A stretch of 64,000 nt of DNA from assembly GCA_963842165.1 (NCBI GenBank), contig CAWJFK010000005.1:198070-262069 (forward strand), in the 5' to 3' direction. Every line of letters starts with the position of its first letter. The first letter of the stretch is position 1. Made by a program: the position numbers and the translations under genes. Source of the DNA: an uncultured Thermoplasmata archaeon. GTDB taxonomy: Archaea; Thermoplasmatota; Thermoplasmata; Lutacidiplasmatales; UBA184. The notes beneath the pieces are model-generated. The model did no database searches. It was not told the origin of the DNA and worked only from the letters and a program-made list of their open reading frames with translations. Of the stretch, positions 50,449 through 61,100 are shown piece by piece.

Positions 50449-51198
50449 CGACCGGAATTACAATCGAGGCGACCTCGTCGCTCATGAACGCGCCACTCTC
50501 GACTCAGTCCATACAACTTTGGGCAGCTGGGGCATAGACAAGATGGCACTTGGATCCGACGGATACCACAGGGTTACTTTCGGAAGATACCCGCCGGCCG
50601 CGGCCACGTCCGGCGCCTCGCGTATGCGACTCGCCGCCATTTTGGGGGACGAGGAGGTAAGCGTTCGAGCCAGTTGAATTCTTACGTCACTCTCTGGAAT
50701 TGCTTTCTCCTAGCAAACACGAACTGCGACGCCCGGAATCGACTCAATCGGCACGTATGTGAAATGGACCTTTCACCCACTCCGCCACCTGAGTCTTGTT
50801 AGGATCCAACTGAGCCCGCGTGAAGGGGGCTAGGTACCCATTGGGGAAATATTGCACTACCCCCATTGTCCGCGCTAAGGCGGTACCCAATCTACCCCAC
50901 GCGGCGATCCCTGAGCGTGTTCGAGACCCGTTTCGACATATCGGTCCGCGAGTTCGGGCCGGGCACCGACGAGACGGTCAGGGCCAAGTTCATGGAGGGA
51001 CTCTTGGGGGCGCTCGAGCGATGATATCGTCACCATCGATTCGATACTCGAGATGGAACCGGTCATCCCCGCCGTATGCTGCTGGTGTTCGAGGGCGACG
51101 AAGATTTGAGCGAGTCGACAGGATTGGCGATCGCGCTTACTGGTGCCCGCATAATCCATATCCTCCAGTCGAATGCGGTAATCTGAAGGGTGCGAACG

Positions 51199-52320
51199 AT
51201 GGCGAAGGATCAGAAGGTCCGAATCCTGGTAGGAACGCGCAAGGGAGCTTTCGTCATCACCAGCGACCGTCGACGAAGGAGCTGGAAAATCGGGCCCTCC
51301 GCGCTCGAATCGACCGATGTCTACCACGTGGCGGCTGACCCCCGACATCCGGGACGCCTATACGCCGCCGCGAACAGCGAGTTCTGGGGCCCGATGGTCC
51401 AGCAGTCGCTCGACTGGGGAAAGACGTGGAACGAGACGGCGACCCCGCATTCACCCATAAGCAAGGACCGGCCGCATGGAGACGGCCCGGTGCCTGCAGG
51501 ACCAGTGGTTCATCTCTGGCACTTCGAGCCGGGCCTCCCCGAGGACCCGGACGTGCTCTACCTCGGCGCCGACCCGCACCTGCTCTTCCGGAGCAACGAC
51601 CTCGGGTCGAGCTGGGAAGCGGTCGAGAGCATCAATCACCACCCAGACCGAAAGAAATGGAATCCGGGCAATGGGGGCCCGTGTCTGCACACGGTCCTGC
51701 TGGACCCTCGAGATGCCCGCCGTATGTATATCGGCATGTCGGCGGTAGGGACGCTTCGGTCGGAGGACGGAGGGCGAAGCTGGACGCCGACCAACAAGAA
51801 CGTCGAGTGCCCGTTCCTTCCTGAGGGGAGGCGATTCCCGGAGGTAGGGCAGTGCGTACACAAGGTCGCGATCGACGCAGCGAATCCTGACACGTTCTAT
51901 CGTCAGGACCACGGAGGGATCTACGTCTCCCACGACCGGATGGACTCGTGGACGCGGATCGGGAAACCGCTCGGTGACGATTTCGGCTTCGCGGTCGCTT
52001 CGCCGGCCGCTCGTCCGGGCCTCGCGTATTTTGTTCGATTGGACGGCTTTCGAACCACGGCCCAGCACTTCCAAGTCCAGGAGTGGAATGACAAGACTCG
52101 CCGCTGGAAGATGCTGGTCCGGCCGAACACCTTCCCAGGCAAGTTCAACGTCCTTCGCGAGGGGATCGCCACTGACGCCCTCGACGCTCCCGGGATCTAC
52201 GTCGGCACGACCACCGGTCAGTTGTTCGTCAGTCCGGATGGGGGAAAGTCCTGGCAGGTCCTACCGTACGTGTTTCCTCCGATCCGGTCGGTAAGCATCG
52301 CAAGTCCCAGCGCGAGGTAA
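51199..52320 (+). CDS. BNR/Asp-box repeat beta-propeller protein (sialidase-fold, Ycf48-like)
   Basis: Four Asp-boxes: SLDWGKTW, SNDLGSSW, SEDGGRSW and SPDGGKSW. Confidence 0.75.
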   Translation: MAKDQKVRILVGTRKGAFVITSDRRRRSWKIGPSALESTDVYHVAADPRHPGRLYAAANSEFWGPMVQQSLDWGKTWNETATPHSPISKDRPHGDGPVPAGPVVHLWHFEPGLPEDPDVLYLGADPHLLFRSNDLGSSWEAVESINHHPDRKKWNPGNGGPCLHTVLLDPRDARRMYIGMSAVGTLRSEDGGRSWTPTNKNVECPFLPEGRRFPEVGQCVHKVAIDAANPDTFYRQDHGGIYVSHDRMDSWTRIGKPLGDDFGFAVASPAARPGLAYFVRLDGFRTTAQHFQVQEWNDKTRRWKMLVRPNTFPGKFNVLREGIATDALDAPGIYVGTTTGQLFVSPDGGKSWQVLPYVFPPIRSVSIASPSAR

Positions 52321-52706
52321 GCGGTCTGCCCGGGTCTTCGCGATCCGACGTCCGCCTCAGGACGACTTCTGGTGCACGTTGAAGCTGTCCCCTCGCTTGC
52401 TGGGACGGTATCTGAGGGAGTCGTTTGCGATTCTAAGGACGACGTCTGAGACGCCAGTCGCGACCGAGCTTTCTCCCTGAGGTGGAAGATCGTCCTTCGG
52501 CCCACCCCGAGCCGGACGGCGACCTCCCTCGCGCTTCCGTTGGACGCGTCCGGGTCGATTTCCAGACCCAACCTGGATTGGAGAGATTCCAGACGGTTTC
52601 AATGACCTCGCACCCAAGGCCGGGCGAGGGCGCGCGACACGGGGCGCTGAGTTGTCCCTCGAACCGGAGGAGCTGGGTTCTAGGACACGCCCGAGCTTCG
52701 AGTAGG

Positions 52707-53333
52707 CTAGTCTCTCGACCCGTCTCTCCCGGATGTGGCATAGCGCAAGTAGACAGCGCCTGACCGAAAGGCTCGCGACTCCAACAACCGGAAGTCGTGC
52801 CGACCGGGAGCTCCGGGTGGGACGACGTCGTCGTGATGATCCAGAGTGGGCTCCATGTGGAAGAGCGGGAGTCCTCGTCCGATGATGCTCGGAGACACCG
52901 TCAGGCAGAGCTCGTCCGCGAGATCCTGGGCGAGTACGGACTGAACGAGCTGCACACCGCCCGCGACTATCATATTCTTGCCGGGAAGGGATTTCAGTCG
53001 AGTAATCTCGTCCTCGACTGACCCGCGGACTATCCGGGAGTTGGACCACGTGGCGGTCTGGAGCGTCTTGGAGAATACGACCTTCTCCACCCTGGTGGAG
53101 AACCGAGCGAAGGCCCGCCAATGTTCGTTGTCAGCGTCGACTTGACCGGGCCAGAACCCCGCCCAGCCCTCGTAGGTTCTTCTTCCAAGCAAGAGGGTAT
53201 CGACTTCATCCATCGGTCCAGTCCACATTGCCTGCCAAAACTCACGATCCGCTTCTGGGTCGTCCGGGCCCGCGGCGAGCGCGGCAAATCCATCCAGAGT
53301 CATGTACATGGTGATCAGAACCTTCCTCGGCAT
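52707..53333 (-). CDS. Dihydrofolate reductase-like / RibD_C family protein (paralog 2)
   Basis: MPRKVLITMYMTLDGFAA...LLLGRRTYEGW...NMIVAGGVQLVQSVLAQDLADELCLTVSPSIIG. Confidence 0.8.
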   Translation of the reverse strand: MPRKVLITMYMTLDGFAALAAGPDDPEADREFWQAMWTGPMDEVDTLLLGRRTYEGWAGFWPGQVDADNEHWRAFARFSTRVEKVVFSKTLQTATWSNSRIVRGSVEDEITRLKSLPGKNMIVAGGVQLVQSVLAQDLADELCLTVSPSIIGRGLPLFHMEPTLDHHDDVVPPGAPGRHDFRLLESRAFRSGAVYLRYATSGRDGSRD

Positions 53334-53407
53334 CGCTCGACTCCCCCCCGGGCATGGAAGGTTCGATATTAGGGATTCGAGGACCTCCCCGGGAGAAACG
53401 TCCGTGA

Positions 53408-53431
53408 TAGGTGCAAAGGGCCATACACCCA
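53408..53431 (+). repeat. Intergenic TGCA-box motif copy
   Basis: TAGGTGCAAAGGGCCATACACCCA. A close relative, TAGGTGCGAGGGCCATTACACGCT, lies at 6962-6985. Confidence 0.7.
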
Positions 53432-53688
53432 ACCGCGGCCGGAGGATTTGATTGCTCTCGGGAGTTACCCACTGGCGAGAGATTTCGTCTTTGGCAAGGG
53501 GTCCCTTAACAAAATCCGAGGAATGGGTGTAACAGTCCTTGCACCTACAGGACCGGAACGATGGCGTATCCGATCCTCAGATTCGTTTCCAGCCGGTTCG
53601 AAGAGGGCTTTTAGCTGGTTCTTGTCTCTTGAGCGAGATGGGGACCCCCGGGACGAACACTTGGGACGAACGCCGGGTTTGGGAGGCG

Positions 53689-54460
53689 ATGGTTGCATGG
53701 CGGTGGGTCCCCCCGGCGTCACGCCGGTTTACGACCGACCGCTTCGATTTGATTGTAACACCGGGCTCGGTACAGCTTGACCACGGTGTATGGGTTTCAC
53801 GTCGAGGATCCGGAGAAAGTCGATGCTGCCTTGGACGAAGTTGAAGCTCTGGCCCGCTCGAACCAAGCCACGGGTGCTCGATTCCAGATCTTACCAACCA
53901 CTCAACCCCTGGACTTGGCGGAACGCCTCGAGCGAAGGGGGTACTTGGCCGTTGACGAGGGGGAAGTACTCGTCTACGACATCCGCGACGAGTCCGGTCG
54001 AGCCCGGCTCCCTGAATTCCCCGTCCCCGCCGAAATCTCGGCAAAAGAAGTGAGGAGCGACGAGGAGTACGTGGCGTTCGTAGGGCTCAACGCTCCAATC
54101 TGGGACATGCCCGAGCCGCCCGCGGAGACCCGAAGGGGTTTGGAGACAGATTTTCGCAAGCGAGTGACGGAGACCGGCCATTCGGGCCGCTACGTGGTCT
54201 GGCAGGCATCCACGCCGATCGGGCACGGTGGAATGGAGGTGGTGGGGCCCGTCGCCCGTTTCTGGGGGTCCGGCATTCTACCCGCGTATCGGAACCGGGG
54301 TGCATATGGAGCCCTCGTTCGCACGCGATGCGAGGACGCAGTCCGACAGGGGGCCGAGATCGCCCTCGTGACCGCACGGGTCGGCACCTCGGGACCAATC
54401 CTAAAGCGGCGTGGCTTCCGAGTCGTGGGGCCCATTCGCAATTTCGAAGTCCGCTGGTAG
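53689..54460 (+). CDS. GNAT family acetyltransferase; a possible frameshift near 53775 joins an upstream N-terminal segment
   Basis: Core WGSGILPAYRNRGAYGALVRTRCEDAVRQGAEIALV...ILKRRGFRVVG. The clean ORF is 53777-54460. The upstream frame reads ...FTTDRFDLIVTPGSVQL. Confidence 0.6.
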
Positions 54461-54477
54461 GACGAGTGCAAGACGGT

Positions 54478-54500
54478 GGTTGAAAGGTTGATTGCACCCA
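54478..54500 (+). repeat. Intergenic TGCA-box motif copy
   Basis: GGTTGAAAGGTTGATTGCACCCA, 18 nt after the GNAT stop in a convergent spacer. Confidence 0.75.
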
Positions 54501-54613
54501 TTCGAGCTCTCGTTAACTTTGCTCGTCCGGAAAGGGGTCCCCTAGCTATGACTCAGTAATGATCCGGAACAGGTCCGACCCACTTCAATTCCACAGCGAT
54601 TTATCACCCAGGT

Positions 54614-54910
54614 TCAATCTGTTCCTGGGATGATTGCTGCATTCAGGTCGGCGAACTCCCGGATTATCGCCAGCAGGGGTGCGAATTCCGGTGATCCGTA
54701 CCAAGACCGAAAGGCCGCTGAACTAGGGAATTCGAATACCTCCAAGGTTCGGGGTTTCCACCGGCCCTCGAGAATCTCCGGTTCGGGGCTCGCAGCCAGT
54801 ACCCGACCGCCAAACTTCTCAAGAACGGAGAAGAACGGTTCAACAACTTTCGCGTGCTGACCCTCGTCGTGCCACTTTATGTCCACGACCAGGTAGGCAG
54901 GCACGGTCAA
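54614..54910 (-). CDS. DUF1330 domain protein (paralog 2)
   Basis: TTG start. MTVPAYLVVDIKWHDEGQHAK...FGGRVLA...LEVFEFPSSAAFRSWYGSPEF. Confidence 0.8.
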   Translation of the reverse strand: MTVPAYLVVDIKWHDEGQHAKVVEPFFSVLEKFGGRVLAASPEPEILEGRWKPRTLEVFEFPSSAAFRSWYGSPEFAPLLAIIREFADLNAAIIPGTD

Positions 54911-54992
54911 TCAATTCCTCAAGGGAAGCCCCGTATCTATACCCTCCTTCAGCCGGCGTGGTCAATTCGGTTCTCTCCGGCGATTGGCAAGG

Positions 54993-56919
54993 TCAAGCGA
55001 GCTTAGCCTTCTTCAACAACGCCTCAAACCTCGGATCCCTCCGAACGTGCTCAAACACTGGATCAAGCCGTAAGTCGTGGAAAGCGATGTACGTGGGGCC
55101 TTCGACGGCGTGCTCCAGCCGGCGTAGGCTTTCCTCCACGTCTCCGAGTGCGGCGTACATCCAGGCGAACGACCATGTGCCGAAGCCGGGCTCCGGCAGC
55201 GACTCTTCCTCTAGAAGCAGCGCTCGGCACTTCTCGTTCTCACCGGAGAACGCACAGTACACCGCGCGAAGCCACCGCTTAGAGTCGGGGTCGGATTGAA
55301 GATTCTCTAGTCGTGAGATTTCCTTTAGAAAGAGGTCGGTTTCCCCCTGAATCCGGTAGTAGGAAGCCAAGTTTCCATGATAGGTTTCACCGTCGGGCTG
55401 CAATTCTCCCAACTTCTGAATCCGGGCAAACGCCTCTTCAAACTTTCCCAGCCAAGTGAGTAGATGAGCATGGTGCGAGAGGTTCCAAGGGGAAAGTGGA
55501 TCGGATGCCTCGGCCAGCGCCCACTCTGAGAGCGCCTCCCCAATCCGAACCTGCCACGAGAGCAACTCTGGCGTACCAGTGATGCGCCTGCGAGTAGCTC
55601 GGGTTTAACGAAAGGGCGCGTTTGAACTCCTTTTCGGCTCCGGCCCAGTCCCAGTCGAGCCAGAGGGTGGCCGCCGAGGATGCATGGGCCTCGGCGAGAT
55701 TCGGGTCGAGTTCGATCGCCCGTTCTGCCAATCGTCGGCCGGTCTCTTTCTGCTCCTTCGCTGACATCCCGAGTTGGGACGACCCATACAGACGAACGAG
55801 GTCAGACAGACCGGAATAGGCAGAAGCGTTCTGGAAATCCAAGGTGATTGCGAGATCGAACTGCTCATGAGCCGCTTTCCAAGAAACTGTGTTCTCTTGA
55901 TGCATGAGGGTGCGTCCCTTCAGGTAGGCGAGGTAGGAATCCGGCCGCACTGTGGGCGTGTTGTCTAGCCTGGCCCCTTCGGTGGGCTGGAGTTCGACCC
56001 TCAGGCTTTCCGCAACCAGTTTGGCAATCTCGGCTTGAACTGAGAACACATCATCAAGTTCCCGGTCGTAAGTCTTCGCCCAGAGATGCCTGTCTGAACG
56101 GGCGTCGATCAGCTGCGCGGTGATCCTTAACCGGTTCCCGGCTTTCCGCACGCTCCCCTCAAGGATGGAGGTGACGCCCAGTTCCGTTCCGATCTGGGAG
56201 GCCGACTTGGGTGTGGCCTTGTACAGCATCACCGAGGTACGAGAAATGACACGAAGCTCTCGCAACTGGGAGAGGACAGTAATCAGCTCCTCGGTGAGCC
56301 CATCAGCAAAGTACTCGTCTTTGGGGTCTGGGCTAATGTTGGAAAAGGGAAGGACAGCGATACCGGCTGGACTGGAGCTCTCCGAGCTGGCCCCGCCCAG
56401 GGCCCGAGGAGGAACCACACGGTATAGGGACAACGGCGTTCTCAATCCCTTGAACTCCATTGGCGGAAGCTTCTCGATTCCTTCCGATACTTTGTTCCAC
56501 ACCTGTTCGTGCACGGCGTTCGAGATGCAGATACCGTCGGGTTCGGCGGCGGCTTGGATTCTAGACGCGATGTTCACCGCATCGCCGAAGATGTCGCTCC
56601 CCTGCTCCTCGACGTCTCCCAAGTGGATGCCAATGCGGAGATGGAAGGGAGCGGCCCCGGGTCCTGCGTTGCGCCCAGAGACTCTCCGCTGGATCTCTAC
56701 GGCGCATTGAGTCGCCCGCAGAGCGCTGTCGAATTCGACCAGAAACCCATCCCCCATCGACTTGATCTCGCGCCCTTGGTGGGCGGTAAGAACGGAGCGG
56801 ACGAGTGCCGCTTGCTCCTCGCGGAGCTTGAGCGCCGCGGCCTCGTTGAGCTGCGCCGCGGCGGTCGAGCCGACCATGTCAGTAAACATGATGGCGGAGA
56901 GTCGACGAACTGAGGCCAC
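54993..56919 (-). CDS. Class III adenylate cyclase / TolB-N-like / TPR protein (paralog 3), frameshift near 55560
   Basis: GTG start. IMFTDMVGST, KSMGDGFLVEF, GIHLGDV, DIFGDAVNIASRIQ, then IAVLPFSNISPDPKDEYFADGLTEELI. After ...SQAHHWYARVAL the TPR region continues in ORF 54993-55565 (SWQVRIGEALSEW...). Confidence 0.8.
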
Positions 56920-57087
56920 GGCTCGAAAGCCGCTTCTGTTAGATTAAGGCCCTGCAGGCGCCATGGGTTGCCCGAAAGGGGCCGGTTTGCTAATGACCGG
57001 GTCGCCAGATGGGGGGTCTGTAGACCCATCCATTGAAGTGCGTGCAACAGTTGTTGCATACAGGTCGCGCGTTGAACTCGCTCGCCG

Positions 57088-57616
57088 CTACGAAGGTGGG
57101 TCCTTGATCCGGCCCACCGTGTGGGCCCACCTGACCCAACTCAGGACCGGCGGGTTGACGTCGATCTGCCAGAGCAGTGCATTGAGTTCACCCCGATGCT
57201 GGAGCTCTTCTTCGACCAGATGCCAGAACGCTTCTCGTACCGGGACCTGACAGTTGTGGTCCGACCCCCGCCCCTTCACGCGGGTGATCGGTACGGGAGA
57301 GATCGGCTTCGGTCAGCTCCGCCATGACCCGGTGGATCTGGGTCTGGATGTACGTCTCGTCCTTCTTCAGAACGTCGATGGTGGGCGGACCTTCCGATTC
57401 ACCTTCTTGCGGAGGGAAGGGAAACGTTGCGCAGTCCTTCATCCAGAAGTAGAGAGCACCTTGAGAGTGCGCGAAGATATCGAGTATGGAAGGGAACGAC
57501 GTGCCCCGGTCGCGTGTCAGCTCTGCTTGAGGCAGTTTCGCGAGCGCCTCAAGGTAGCCCCGATGCGCGTCGGCGATGTAGGCGAACCACGCACGAATCA
57601 ACTCTACTTCGGACAT
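57088..57616 (-). CDS. DinB-family protein, frameshift near 57270
   Basis: The N-terminal ORF carries ADAHRGYLEAL...ILDIFAHSQGALYFW. The C-terminal ORF carries FWHLVEEELQHRGELNALLWQ. Confidence 0.65.
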
Positions 57617-57629
57617 ACGAGCCCCCGCG

Positions 57630-57986
57630 CTAGGTGGAGTCCTTGATTAGGGCGCCGAATGACGACTTGCGTTTGATTTTGCCGTTCTCCAGCTCGAAGA
57701 TGTTGACGTAGCGGACCGAGAGAGAGCTGCCGTCCTTCTTGGTCACGTGAGCCGTACCCTCGGCAACCACTACGTTGTTCTCCTCGGTCAGTCGATGGAC
57801 CGAGCCACGGAGTTCGTCGTCTCCGTAGTTCTTGAGGTGGGCTTCCTTCCCTCTCGTGATGACTCCCGACGGAGGGACTCCGTCGCCCCACTCTACCCAC
57901 TCTACGTCGTCCGCAAGGAACGGACCGAGCTTCGACTTGTCCGTGGTGGCCAGGTAGGCTTCGATGAGCTTCTTGTTCGCGCTCAT
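57630..57986 (-). CDS. SnoaL-like / NTF2 family protein
   Basis: MSANKKLIEAYLATTDKSKLGPFLADDVEWVEWGDG...VNIFELENGKIKR. Confidence 0.7.
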   Translation of the reverse strand: MSANKKLIEAYLATTDKSKLGPFLADDVEWVEWGDGVPPSGVITRGKEAHLKNYGDDELRGSVHRLTEENNVVVAEGTAHVTKKDGSSLSVRYVNIFELENGKIKRKSSFGALIKDST

Positions 57987-58254
57987 TACCCCCAAAACTA
58001 CCCGACTGGACTATAACGCCTCGCGTCGCGCGACGCGAGCACCTTAGGAACGGCCAGAACTCGTAAGCTGTCTGCCAGCGGTTCGGTCGCCTCCGCACGG
58101 AGCTCGCCAGGTGTGACTTCTAAGAAACGCGTGGTGCGGTTCGAGCGTACCCGAAACTTACCCACTCCTTCACGTAACACCGCGGTCCGTTTGCGCGACT
58201 GGTCTCTAGGGAGGGGGGTGTCTAAAGGGGGGTAGATCGACCAATTCGCCAAAG

Positions 58255-58278
58255 TGGTTGCAACAGACCTTGCACTCA
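58255..58278 (+). repeat. Intergenic TGCA-box motif copy
   Basis: TGGTTGCAACAGACCTTGCACTCA. Confidence 0.7.
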
Positions 58279-58335
58279 TTCGCCACGGGTCCCCCTGGCG
58301 GCGATCGCAGCTCTCGATATGGCAAGACGCGCCCG

Positions 58336-58686
58336 TCATCCTTTCGGAAACTTCGCGCTCCTCAATCTCCGCTCGATACGGGGCATCTCAACGGTCACGA
58401 AACGCCAAGCGTCCTCCGGGTCAAAAGCCTCGTATTCGTGTACCAGGCCATGACTGCGGAGGTCGTGCAGTCGGTCCCAGTCAATGCCGCCATTGGCCTT
58501 GTGGAATGCGGGTGAGAGCCGATCGGCCGACTCGCAGAGAACGATCAGGTCGAGTCTCAGCGCCTTCTGATCCTTGCCCTGCCTCGCGATCGCTTCGAAT
58601 CCCTCAGCGGCGTCGACCTTCGTCTCCTCGATCGCTTCCAACATCCGTGCCGCATGCACGCGGTCCCGGCTTCGTGTGTCGCTCAA
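58336..58686 (-). CDS. hepT: HepT-like (DUF86, HEPN superfamily) toxin
   Basis: The TTG start overlaps the mntA stop (TTGA). Contains RDRVHAARMLEAIEE... and the HEPN-like HDLRSHGLVHEY. Confidence 0.7.
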   Translation of the reverse strand: MSDTRSRDRVHAARMLEAIEETKVDAAEGFEAIARQGKDQKALRLDLIVLCESADRLSPAFHKANGGIDWDRLHDLRSHGLVHEYEAFDPEDAWRFVTVEMPRIERRLRSAKFPKG

Positions 58687-59108
58687 AGGGGGACGGCCTC
58701 CGAAATCACCTGCGGCTGGACCAGCCAATGCAGGGACTGCTCGGAGACAAGGTCGACCTCCCGGGCTAGCAGTCGCTTGAGCGCATGCTCAAGACCCCAC
58801 CGATCGAACTTTTTCGCCACCGGGTCCACCAGGATGTCCACGTCCGAGGACTCCTTGGCTGACTTACGCGCCACCGAGCCGAAGACCCTCACATCCCGGG
58901 CCCCGTACTTTTGGGCGAGAAGCAGTACCGTCTCTCTCTTGGAGCCAATTACTTCGTCGATTCCGAGGCCCGACCCATAGCTGGGTACAGATAGCCGAGG
59001 CTCGGCGTAGTGCGGTGACTTGCATCGGGCGCAGATGCGGACGGGCCGCCAGCGGGGACGCCAAACAAGCCCGCAGCGATAGCAATGCTCCTCGCGTTGG
59101 GACGCCAT
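58683..59108 (-). CDS. mntA: MntA-like nucleotidyltransferase antitoxin with an N-terminal zinc ribbon
   Basis: NTase motif VRVFGSVARKSAKESSDVDILVD, preceded by CYRCG...(14 aa)...CARCK. Confidence 0.75.
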   Translation of the reverse strand: MASQREEHCYRCGLVWRPRWRPVRICARCKSPHYAEPRLSVPSYGSGLGIDEVIGSKRETVLLLAQKYGARDVRVFGSVARKSAKESSDVDILVDPVAKKFDRWGLEHALKRLLAREVDLVSEQSLHWLVQPQVISEAVPL

Positions 59109-59205
59109 CGGCGAAAGTAAGAATTCAAGGGCAGATAAGAACTTACTTTCGCAACCTCCCGCGACTCCCCCCCGGAGCGGTCCTGGGTTGATCTGGACCT
59201 TACAC

Positions 59206-59535
59206 TCACCTGATTCTGGCCAGGGAATCCTTCGATACGGCCTGCCGACGTGGCGGCAGCAAGTGGTGCAGGATCGAATAGACACTGTCCCTACGCCCGA
59301 ATACCACCATCACGACTTCAGCCCCCTCGATTGCGAATATCGCCCGAAAGGGCGGGATGCGTAGGGTCCAGACATTTTGATAGCCGTATAGTTGGTGGAT
59401 GTCGAGATCGCCGCTCCCTCGGCGAGGGTCCCGCTCCAGTCCATCAAACGCACGGTTGAACTCGAGCTGAACCCGACGCGGAAGCGCAGCGAAACTTCGA
59501 TCGGCCGTGGGGGCGAATGTAAGATGAAACCTCAT
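59206..59535 (-). CDS. RelE/ParE-family type II toxin
   Basis: FAPTADRSFAALPRRVQLEFNRAFDGLERDPR...VWTLRIPPFRAIFAIEGAEVVMVVFGRRDSVY. There is a 4-nt ATGA overlap with the upstream small ORF. Confidence 0.65.
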   Translation of the reverse strand: MRFHLTFAPTADRSFAALPRRVQLEFNRAFDGLERDPRRGSGDLDIHQLYGYQNVWTLRIPPFRAIFAIEGAEVVMVVFGRRDSVYSILHHLLPPRRQAVSKDSLARIR

Positions 59536-59759
59536 CGGCCCGACAAACGGTGTCGCCGTCGGAAGCCATCCAGGTCCATACGAGGGGTGAGCTCGATCGC
59601 ACGATGCAAATCCCTGCGGAAGTAGTCAGGGGGAATCTCGTCCATTAGGTCCGCGATGGCCTCCGCCGCACTCTTCCCACCGATCTGGTAATCTCGTAGC
59701 CGTCGGCGGAGCGAAGCTGGCAACGTGACGGTGGTTGGTGGATCGATCACGGCTTGCAC
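59532..59759 (-). CDS. Putative cognate antitoxin (75 aa)
   Basis: Called only from position and translational coupling to the RelE-like gene. Confidence 0.45.
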   Translation of the reverse strand: MQAVIDPPTTVTLPASLRRRLRDYQIGGKSAAEAIADLMDEIPPDYFRRDLHRAIELTPRMDLDGFRRRHRLSGR

Positions 59760-59937
59760 GACCCTCCTATAGGTCCAATAGGACTAATAGTTTTCACTTT
59801 GGGAGGGGTGGTGGACGAAGGGGGCGGTCCGGGGGTCGTGTATCCGAACTGAGACTGAGCGCCGGAAATTCAACCGCCGTGTTGAGCCGAAGCCTGCAAG
59901 CCGGCGCAAGAGACCTTGCACCCGGCGACTTTTCGAC

Positions 59938-60351
59938 TTACTGTTCCCAATGACGCCACAGGACGTTAATGATCTTCCAGTTCCCGTCGACCTTGGCCAA
60001 AGAAAGGTAATCGACCCCCCACGTAGCGGCCGTTCGCACAACCGCCATATCCTTGAATCGGTCGAGAATCCTTACCTCGGCCCTGCGTGCTGCCAACGGG
60101 GCCCGTCTGTCGCCTTTCCTCCTACCTCCCCACCCAGCCTGGACATCGTGAATCAATTTCGAGGCGGGGTACTCGTAAACCCTAGTGCGCCCGGTCTTGG
60201 GATTGGTCCATGCCGTGCGTTTGGCGAGCTTGGGATGCAAAGCGCGCTTCATTCGGTGGCCTTCCCACGAGTAACATGACTCCACGTAGTCGAGGACTGC
60301 TTTTCGGATCGCGCCTTGCTCGGAATTGGAACTGGGCCGCCCGTGAGCCAT
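59938..60351 (-). CDS. NTF2-like (putative lumazine-binding type) protein
   Basis: IRKAVLDYVESCYSWEGHRMKRALHPKLAKR...VRILDRFKDMAVVRTAATWGVDYLSLAKVDGNWKIINVLW. Confidence 0.55.
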   Translation of the reverse strand: MAHGRPSSNSEQGAIRKAVLDYVESCYSWEGHRMKRALHPKLAKRTAWTNPKTGRTRVYEYPASKLIHDVQAGWGGRRKGDRRAPLAARRAEVRILDRFKDMAVVRTAATWGVDYLSLAKVDGNWKIINVLWRHWEQ

Positions 60352-60432
60352 ATCCAGGGGAGTGATTCCGGCTGATATGCTGGATCGGTAGAACAGACCT
60401 TTGATCCACCAAAGCTGCAAGCAGACGAGTCG

Positions 60433-60456
60433 TGGTTGCAAGACCGATTGCACCCA
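60433..60456 (+). repeat. Intergenic TGCA-box motif copy (near-palindromic)
   Basis: TGGTTGCAA-GACCGA-TTGCACCCA. It differs from the 18947 copy only in the spacer. Confidence 0.8.
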
Positions 60457-60536
60457 CTCGGGAAATGAGGTCAGATATGGCCTCATCTTCCCCTCACTTC
60501 GAGATTCAACCCCAGATGTCCCTCACCTGGAGCTCT

Positions 60537-61100
60537 TCAAAGGTGCCCTGTAGGTCGGTACGTGATGGACAGGACCCCATTCTCATTCCGGATTAAGTCG
60601 ACGATCTTCATCTTCTGCGATCCGAACTCGCCGTCAAAGAGCCGTGCGCCCGTACCCGCGACGATAGGAAACAGCATGAGGTGGAGTCGGTCGAGAAGAT
60701 TGTTCTGGATCAGAGAGCGAACGAGAGAAGGACTCCCATGTACCCCGATGGTCTTCCCACGCTGTGACTTGAGTTTGAGAATGGACTTCCGAAAGTCACC
60801 CGATACCACGGTCGCGTTACCGGCAGTGCCCCAGGGGACTTCCTTCAACGAATTGGTCACAACGTACTTTTGCACCGCGTTAATGTGATCGGCGAACGGC
60901 TGGATCTTCGAGGACGGCCAAAACTGCGACCACGCGTCGTACGTCTTGCGGCCCAAGAGCATCGCGTCTTCCTGAGTGAGCTGCCAGGACATGTCCTTCG
61001 CGACCTGACCGTTGGACATCCGAAAAACGGCTTCGTGCACGGCCTCAAATGTCACGACTCCATCAAGAGTAATGATCAGGTGCGCAGCGACTTCTCTCAT
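60537..61100 (-). CDS. Dihydrofolate reductase-like / RibD_C family protein (paralog 3)
   Basis: MREVAAHLIITLDGVV...MLLGRKTYDAW...TIGVHGSPSLVRSLIQNNLLDRLHLMLFPIVAG. Confidence 0.8.
   Translation of the reverse strand: MREVAAHLIITLDGVVTFEAVHEAVFRMSNGQVAKDMSWQLTQEDAMLLGRKTYDAWSQFWPSSKIQPFADHINAVQKYVVTNSLKEVPWGTAGNATVVSGDFRKSILKLKSQRGKTIGVHGSPSLVRSLIQNNLLDRLHLMLFPIVAGTGARLFDGEFGSQKMKIVDLIRNENGVLSITYRPTGHL

Noticed and set aside
52357-53121. A 254-aa minus-strand ORF.
   Set aside because: It overlaps the well-supported DHFR-like gene (52707-53333) in another frame, and its sequence is low complexity. Only the 52357-52571 part has a weak HTH-like segment.
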